NCBI GenBank assembly: GCA_965223795.1
Contig: CBDCXL010000002.1
Coordinates: forward strand, 1,248,001-1,312,000
Direction: 5' to 3'
Length of the DNA: 64,000 bases
From: Nitrospinales bacterium
GTDB taxonomy: Bacteria; Nitrospinota; Nitrospinia; Nitrospinales; VA-1
In this document: one piece after another, positions 59,277 through 64,000 of the stretch
How positions within the stretch are numbered: the first letter of the stretch is position 1
How the letters are laid out: each line of letters opens with the position of its first letter
The notes under the pieces: model-generated
The model's input: the letters and a program-made list of their open reading frames with translations, nothing else
Told to the model about the DNA's origin: nothing
The model's database searches: none
Translations under genes and position numbers: made by a program

Positions 59277-59735
59277 TTACAGGCTGAGGCCGCGGGCGGT
59301 GAACCACAACAGCACCAGTCCGGCGAGCAGCACGGCGCCGTTCAGTTTCACGGACAGGGAATGCAGCTTCTGAAACTTTTCCTGCAACGGCTTCTGCTCT
59401 TTTTCCGAGGCGGCGGTTTCGATCTGCTCTTTCAGGGCGCGGGCTTTGGGATGCACGACGCGGCCGCCGATGAAAGTGGCGAGCATCATCAGGGAGATGC
59501 AGCCGATCTTGACCGGAGACAACGCGGGCGCGAACAGCAGCGTGACGAAGATGAGGACGCTGGCGACGTAGCCGATGCCGTAGTAGCGCGGGAACAGGAC
59601 GCCGATGAGCTCGCCCGCCAGCGGCCGTTCCAGGGTCTTGAACACGGCCGGGGCGGTGAAAAAGGAAAAGAAAACGATGCTGCCGATCCAGAAGACCAGC
59701 GCGAACAGATGCACGAATGCGATGAAGGTGCTCAT
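59277..59735 (-). CDS. DUF4149-like membrane protein
   Basis: W.GS..FFSF..AP.VF..L....AG......FP.YY and F.KLH.LSV.LN patterns. Confidence 0.8.
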   Translation of the reverse strand: MSTFIAFVHLFALVFWIGSIVFFSFFTAPAVFKTLERPLAGELIGVLFPRYYGIGYVASVLIFVTLLFAPALSPVKIGCISLMMLATFIGGRVVHPKARALKEQIETAASEKEQKPLQEKFQKLHSLSVKLNGAVLLAGLVLLWFTARGLSL

Positions 59736-59777
59736 GGTGTTTTCACAAATTAACGATTCAGAATTTAATCTACCGAT

Positions 59778-60611
59778 TCATGACTGACTTTGCAGTGCGC
59801 GGGTCATCTCCTCGACGATCCGCTCTGCCGCTGCTTTCGGGTCGCCCGCGTCACGGATCGGCCGCCCGACGACGATGAGCGTCGGCTCCGGCTGCGATGC
59901 GCTTCTGGCCGGGCGTTGACGACGCGGCGCTGATCGTCATTTGCCGGATCGCGCTCCATTCGGGGCGGATCCCCGGAACAATTACTTTCAAATTGTGCCC
60001 ATATAGATCTGTTCCCTAAACCGAACCTGCGCTTCCAGAGCAAACGGACGCCAGACACATCCTGCAAGCTTATCCGGATTTGCTCTATAAGCAATTAATC
60101 GGGCGCGTCGCCCTGATACCATTGAGTCTTATGCAGGTAAGTTTTTACTCTCAATATCTTTTTTAAGAGAATCTTCGATCAGTTTTATTGCCCAAGTGCC
60201 ATGTCTAGATAAATTATAATTATCTAAATCATCTTTTGAAATACTTGTAAGTACCGTTACGGCAATAACATTAATTCCAGATTCTAAAACTTCATTGAGG
60301 AATTTTTCTTAGAGCTTCCCCTTCTTCCAAATGAATAGTTATGTATTTAACCTTATGTTTTGCTGCGGATTTAAGTGCCCTTGTAAGAGTAGCTGGGATA
60401 TCATGAAGTTTTAAATCAAAAAAATTGGTACATTTTGAGCAATTTTTTGAATTTGTTTTAATATATCAGGGCCTTCACTAATAAATAGTTCAAGTCCCAC
60501 TTTGAAGCAACCCACAGAATCTTTAAGTTGTTCAACTAATTTTAAAGCGTGAAGACTGTCCGGCAACGTCGAGGGCGAAGAATGCGAGCCGTTAGCTTTG
60601 GCATCGTTCAT
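59778..60611 (-). pseudogene. pyrF: Orotidine-5'-phosphate decarboxylase, multiply frameshifted, with an AT-rich core
   Basis: ALDV, FKVGLELF, DLKLHDIP, TIH, AVTVLTS, PGIRP, DDQRR and VVGRPI motifs in order but across different frames, with internal stops. Confidence 0.85.
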
Positions 60612-61510
60612 GGTGCGGGTTTTCCCTGAGGTGTGTTTCGCAACGCTTCCAGATTTTTGCGCACGGTGGTGAGATCGGGCCGGATCAACAGCGCGCGCTC
60701 GTAGCTCACTTCCGCGGCGGCGCGGTCGCCGAGCTTCTGCTGGCAGACTCCCAGGTTGGCGTGCGCTTCCGCGAAATCGGAGTGGATGGCCAGCGCCCTT
60801 TCAAACGCCGCGGCCGCCTTTTCACAATCGCCCGTCTGGGCGTATGCGGTTCCCAGGTTGTAATGCGCTTCCGGCAGGTGCGGCAGCAGCCGCACCGTTT
60901 CGCTCAAGGGCGCGACCGCCTCGCGGAACCGGTTTAGGGCCAGCAAGACCTCGCCCAGCCGTTTGCGGCTCTCCACGTCGTCGCGGTCCAGCTCCACCGC
61001 GAACTGCAAAACCGGCACCGCCTCCGCAAATTTTCCGATGCGCTGGTACACCGCACCCAGCAGGGCGTGGTGACGGGCCTGGGCAGGTTGTTTGGCGATG
61101 AGCGCCTTGAGCGAGCCGATCATGTCCTCCAGGCGGCCGGTGTTTCTGTAGGCCTGGATGAGGTTTTCATGCGCTTCGAGCCGTTCGGGATCAAGGGCCA
61201 GGGCTTTCTCGGAATGCTCTGCCGCCTTGTCGAACTGCCTGAGACTGGCGTGCACCAGGCCGAGGTAATGGTGCGCCTCGGCGTACGATGGGTTCAGGCG
61301 CACCGCCTCCGCAAGCGGCTTCACCGCCGCTTCGTACTCGCCGGCCCGCGCCAGCGCCACCCCCAGCTTGAAATGCGCCGCGGGATCCTCGGGCCGCTCG
61401 CGGACTTCCTGGCGGGCGGTCTCTTTCGCCGCCGTCAGGGTGTCGTCTGTGGCTGCTTCTCCGGTTCCCAGCACCAGCAGGAGGGGAAGCAAAAGACAAC
61501 CTTTGCGCAT
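60608..61510 (-). CDS. Exported TPR-repeat protein
   Basis: Signal peptide; repeated AH..LG..Y/A...A 34-aa units. Confidence 0.85.
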   Translation of the reverse strand: MRKGCLLLPLLLVLGTGEAATDDTLTAAKETARQEVRERPEDPAAHFKLGVALARAGEYEAAVKPLAEAVRLNPSYAEAHHYLGLVHASLRQFDKAAEHSEKALALDPERLEAHENLIQAYRNTGRLEDMIGSLKALIAKQPAQARHHALLGAVYQRIGKFAEAVPVLQFAVELDRDDVESRKRLGEVLLALNRFREAVAPLSETVRLLPHLPEAHYNLGTAYAQTGDCEKAAAAFERALAIHSDFAEAHANLGVCQQKLGDRAAAEVSYERALLIRPDLTTVRKNLEALRNTPQGKPAP

Positions 61511-61648
61511 GTGTCCTCCCTTTGGGTTCGTACGCAGAGTGGGCGGCTCAATAGTAAGATGGAACGGCGGATTTGTAAAGGTGAGCGCCTGTCATCCTTC
61601 GGGCTGACGGCCTTTCGGTTCCGCGGGACGAAGGCAATCCGCGCCGAT

Positions 61649-62596
61649 TCAGGGGGTAAAAAACGCGTCGATGTAACGCATCATCATGGAACCGTCGCGC
61701 ACGTTCGGCGGCGCAACGGCCTCACCGGCGAGATCGTTATACATCATTTGCGGGATCGCGCCGCCCGCCTCGATGGTGTGGACCGTTCCGCTGCCGAACC
61801 TGAGGTTGACATCGGTGAACATAAATTCGCCCGATTGGGCCCGTATCCCCTGGAGGTTGCAGGGGCCCGCAAGCCGGAGCCGTTTTCCAAATACTGTGGT
61901 TGCCTCGATGATCGCGGGGTCGAGACGGATGCGGCTCACCATCACCTCGCCGCCGCGCACGGCCAGCCGTTCGCGGGGAACGACACACAGCGGCTTGCCG
62001 TTGCGATCGGAAAACCAGTCGACGGTGAATTCGCGTCCTTCGACATACTGCTGGATCAGGTGACCGGGGTATTTGCGCGCATAGAAGTCGAGTTCTTCCG
62101 CGTTCTCGATGCGGACGGTGTGTTTCCCGCCTTCGCCGCGGCGCGGTTTGGCGATGAGCGGGAACTGTGGAGGCGGTTTTTCATCCAGCAGCGTGTGCGG
62201 TGCGGCGATGCCCTGCTCCCGCAAAAACTCAGCCAGCTTCAGCTTGTCGTGGCAGGTTGCGATCGTTTCGGGTGTTTGCAAATAGGCCAGGATGGAAGGA
62301 TCGGCGAACGCGTCGCGGTGGCGGTCGAGGAACTCCACCGCCTTGTTGCTCTGCGGCAGGATCGCGGTGACGGCTTCGCGCTGGCAGATTTTTAGCAGCG
62401 CTTCAATGCAGGTGGCATCGGCAAAAGGCGGCAGCCCGTGCACCGCATCGCAGACCTTGAGCGCCGGGGCGTCCGGGTCGCTGTCGGCGCCGACGATGGC
62501 GCCCGCATTGCCCAGCGCATCGCGGGCTTGACTGAAGGCGCGGATCAGGGCGACGCGCCAGTGCGGCGCCAGGAACAGCAGGTTGACGGCGTTCAT
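61649..62596 (-). CDS. ATP-grasp protein (carbamoyl-phosphate synthase-like)
   Basis: CHDK, FPLIAKPR.G.GG, QQYVEGREFTVD, DVNLRFGSG. Confidence 0.8.
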   Translation of the reverse strand: MNAVNLLFLAPHWRVALIRAFSQARDALGNAGAIVGADSDPDAPALKVCDAVHGLPPFADATCIEALLKICQREAVTAILPQSNKAVEFLDRHRDAFADPSILAYLQTPETIATCHDKLKLAEFLREQGIAAPHTLLDEKPPPQFPLIAKPRRGEGGKHTVRIENAEELDFYARKYPGHLIQQYVEGREFTVDWFSDRNGKPLCVVPRERLAVRGGEVMVSRIRLDPAIIEATTVFGKRLRLAGPCNLQGIRAQSGEFMFTDVNLRFGSGTVHTIEAGGAIPQMMYNDLAGEAVAPPNVRDGSMMMRYIDAFFTP

Positions 62597-62672
62597 GTCG
62601 ATGACGGGTCACGCATCGTTGAAGGGGCTCCGGCTCTGCGGTGCGGCCGCCTTGCGCAAACGTAAAGGGGCT

Positions 62673-63224
62673 TCACAGCACGTTGAGGTTTTCGATCTGC
62701 TGCAGGATTTTCGCGGACGCGCCCCAGATGCGGTGGTGCTTGTGCCAGTACACCACCATGCCGTCGCGCTCCTTGAAGCCGATGTCGCGCTGCTGGGTGG
62801 CGAGCAGGGGGGCCAGCGGGATCTCCAGAACCACGTCCACTTCTTCGGGACAGGGCCGGTAGCGCAATGCTTTATCCACCTGGCAGACGAACGGGGTGAC
62901 CTCGAATCCGGTGAGCGTCTGCACATCGGGCAGGCGGCCGATCACCTGCGCCGGGTTCACCTCGACGCCGATCTCCTCCTCGGTTTCCCTGAGCGCGGTG
63001 GCCAGCAGGTCGGGGTCGTCCGGCTCGACGACGCCGCCGGGGAAGGCGATCTCCCCCGCGTGCACCTTGAGGCCCTGGGCCCGCTTGGTCATGACGATGT
63101 GGGCCTGGCCCTTGCTGGCAAACAGGATCACCAGCACCGCCGCCCGCTGCGGGTGCACCTCCACGGTTTCGCGCACCAGGGGATAGCGGGTTTTGAGCTG
63201 GGTTGTGATGGCAAACAGGTTCAT
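62673..63224 (-). CDS. Nudix CoA pyrophosphatase (NudL-like)
   Basis: AAVLV, TKRA..L..HAGEIAFPGG, ALRETEEEIG, IWGASA. Confidence 0.88.
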   Translation of the reverse strand: MNLFAITTQLKTRYPLVRETVEVHPQRAAVLVILFASKGQAHIVMTKRAQGLKVHAGEIAFPGGVVEPDDPDLLATALRETEEEIGVEVNPAQVIGRLPDVQTLTGFEVTPFVCQVDKALRYRPCPEEVDVVLEIPLAPLLATQQRDIGFKERDGMVVYWHKHHRIWGASAKILQQIENLNVL

Positions 63225-63243
63225 GCTCGATGGCGGCGCGGAA

Positions 63244-63588
63244 TCAGCCCCAGACCGCGTCGTATTCCGCCGGGTCGAAGCCGACGGTGATGCGGTCCTT
63301 GTCCACGGCGATGGGGCGCTTGATGAGGCGGCCGTTGCCGGCCAGCAGGTCGAGCGCCTGCGCCTCCGTCATGGAGGGCAGCTTGTCTTTGATATTCAAT
63401 TCTTTATATTGCTGGCCGCTGGTGTTGAACAGCTTTTTCAGGGCGCGGGACTTGAGCGCGGCCTTGAGCACGGTTTTGGGCGGCGGCGTTTCGGTGATGT
63501 CGATGTCCTGAAACTCAAGGCCCTTGTCATTCAAATACTTCTTTGCCTTACGGCAGGTGCCGCATTTGTTGTAGCCGTAAAATTTCAT
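63244..63588 (-). CDS. ArsC/Spx-family thioredoxin-fold protein
   Basis: CGTCRKA, FNTSG..YKEL, LIKRPI, VGF; start at ATG 63588. Confidence 0.88.
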   Translation of the reverse strand: MKFYGYNKCGTCRKAKKYLNDKGLEFQDIDITETPPPKTVLKAALKSRALKKLFNTSGQQYKELNIKDKLPSMTEAQALDLLAGNGRLIKRPIAVDKDRITVGFDPAEYDAVWG

Positions 63589-63712
63589 GGTGGTCCGTCT
63601 CCTGTTCGTCCCTGGGTTCGCGGTGGCCGTCATTTTAGCAGGCGCGTCCGGCCGAAAAAACCCGCAAGCGCTGCCGTGGCGCATATCCGCTCCCGGAGCG
63701 GATTTCCGCCCA

Positions 63713-63759
63713 CCACTATATGTTGTACCCCCGCCAACCCTCTACACCAGAGATAGTAT
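63713..63759 (+). promoter_or_regulatory. Tandem NrdR-box-like sites overlapping a -10 element
   Basis: CCACTATATGTTGTAC (63713) and ACACCAGAGATAGTAT (63744), 31 bp apart; TATAAT at 63757-63762. Confidence 0.5.
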
Positions 63760-63850
63760 AATTTCGCTTTACTTTACCCAATTATTGGGATATCTTCGAG
63801 CATAAAATGGAGGGTTATTTGGTTCAATTATCAGGGGTAACGACCGACAC

Positions 63851-64000
63851 ATGCTACTAAAAAGTCTGGAGCTGGAAGGATTCAAATCGTTCGTCGACAG
63901 CACGGCGCTGAACTTCAACAACGGGTTCACTGCCATCGTGGGCCCCAATGGCTGCGGCAAGAGCAACGTCTCCGACGCCATCCGCTGGGTCATCGGCGAA
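63851..64000 (+). CDS. smc: Chromosome segregation protein SMC (5' part, truncated by the window end)
   Basis: [14 protein letters not shown]...[24 protein letters not shown]. Confidence 0.92.
   Translation, partial: MLLKSLELEGFKSFVDSTALNFNNGFTAIVGPNGCGKSNVSDAIRWVIGE

Overview
GC-rich bacterial chromosomal window, most likely Nitrospinota or a related lineage (inference from the UBact-type proteasome locus and overall gene set). It is mostly housekeeping: mlaEFDC, lexA-osmC-dinB, icd-mdh, glnD, pheA-tyrA-cmk-rpsA-sppA-ihfB-aroC, an RpoH-type sigma factor, fumC, nadA, dinG and the start of smc. The most notable systems are a complete arc-dop-ubact-prcB-prcA-pafA proteasome operon and a 970-aa SIR2 + TPR protein co-oriented with two CDP-alcohol phosphotransferase genes. 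Protein-level oddities include a GlnD whose HD (uridylyl-removing) active site looks dead and a solo AT-rich SRA-like/HNH nuclease. Regulatory candidates are a LexA operator inside the lexA promoter spacer, tandem NrdR-like boxes upstream of smc, an unannotated 50-aa membrane ORF behind a sigma54-like promoter, and a structured leader before mlaE. Damaged or mosaic loci are pyrF, parD and phnE, and there are two intergenic tandem repeats. I found no rRNA, tRNA, CRISPR-Cas or IS element. All calls come from motif recognition by eye with no database searches, and several start codons were re-chosen relative to the ORF track.
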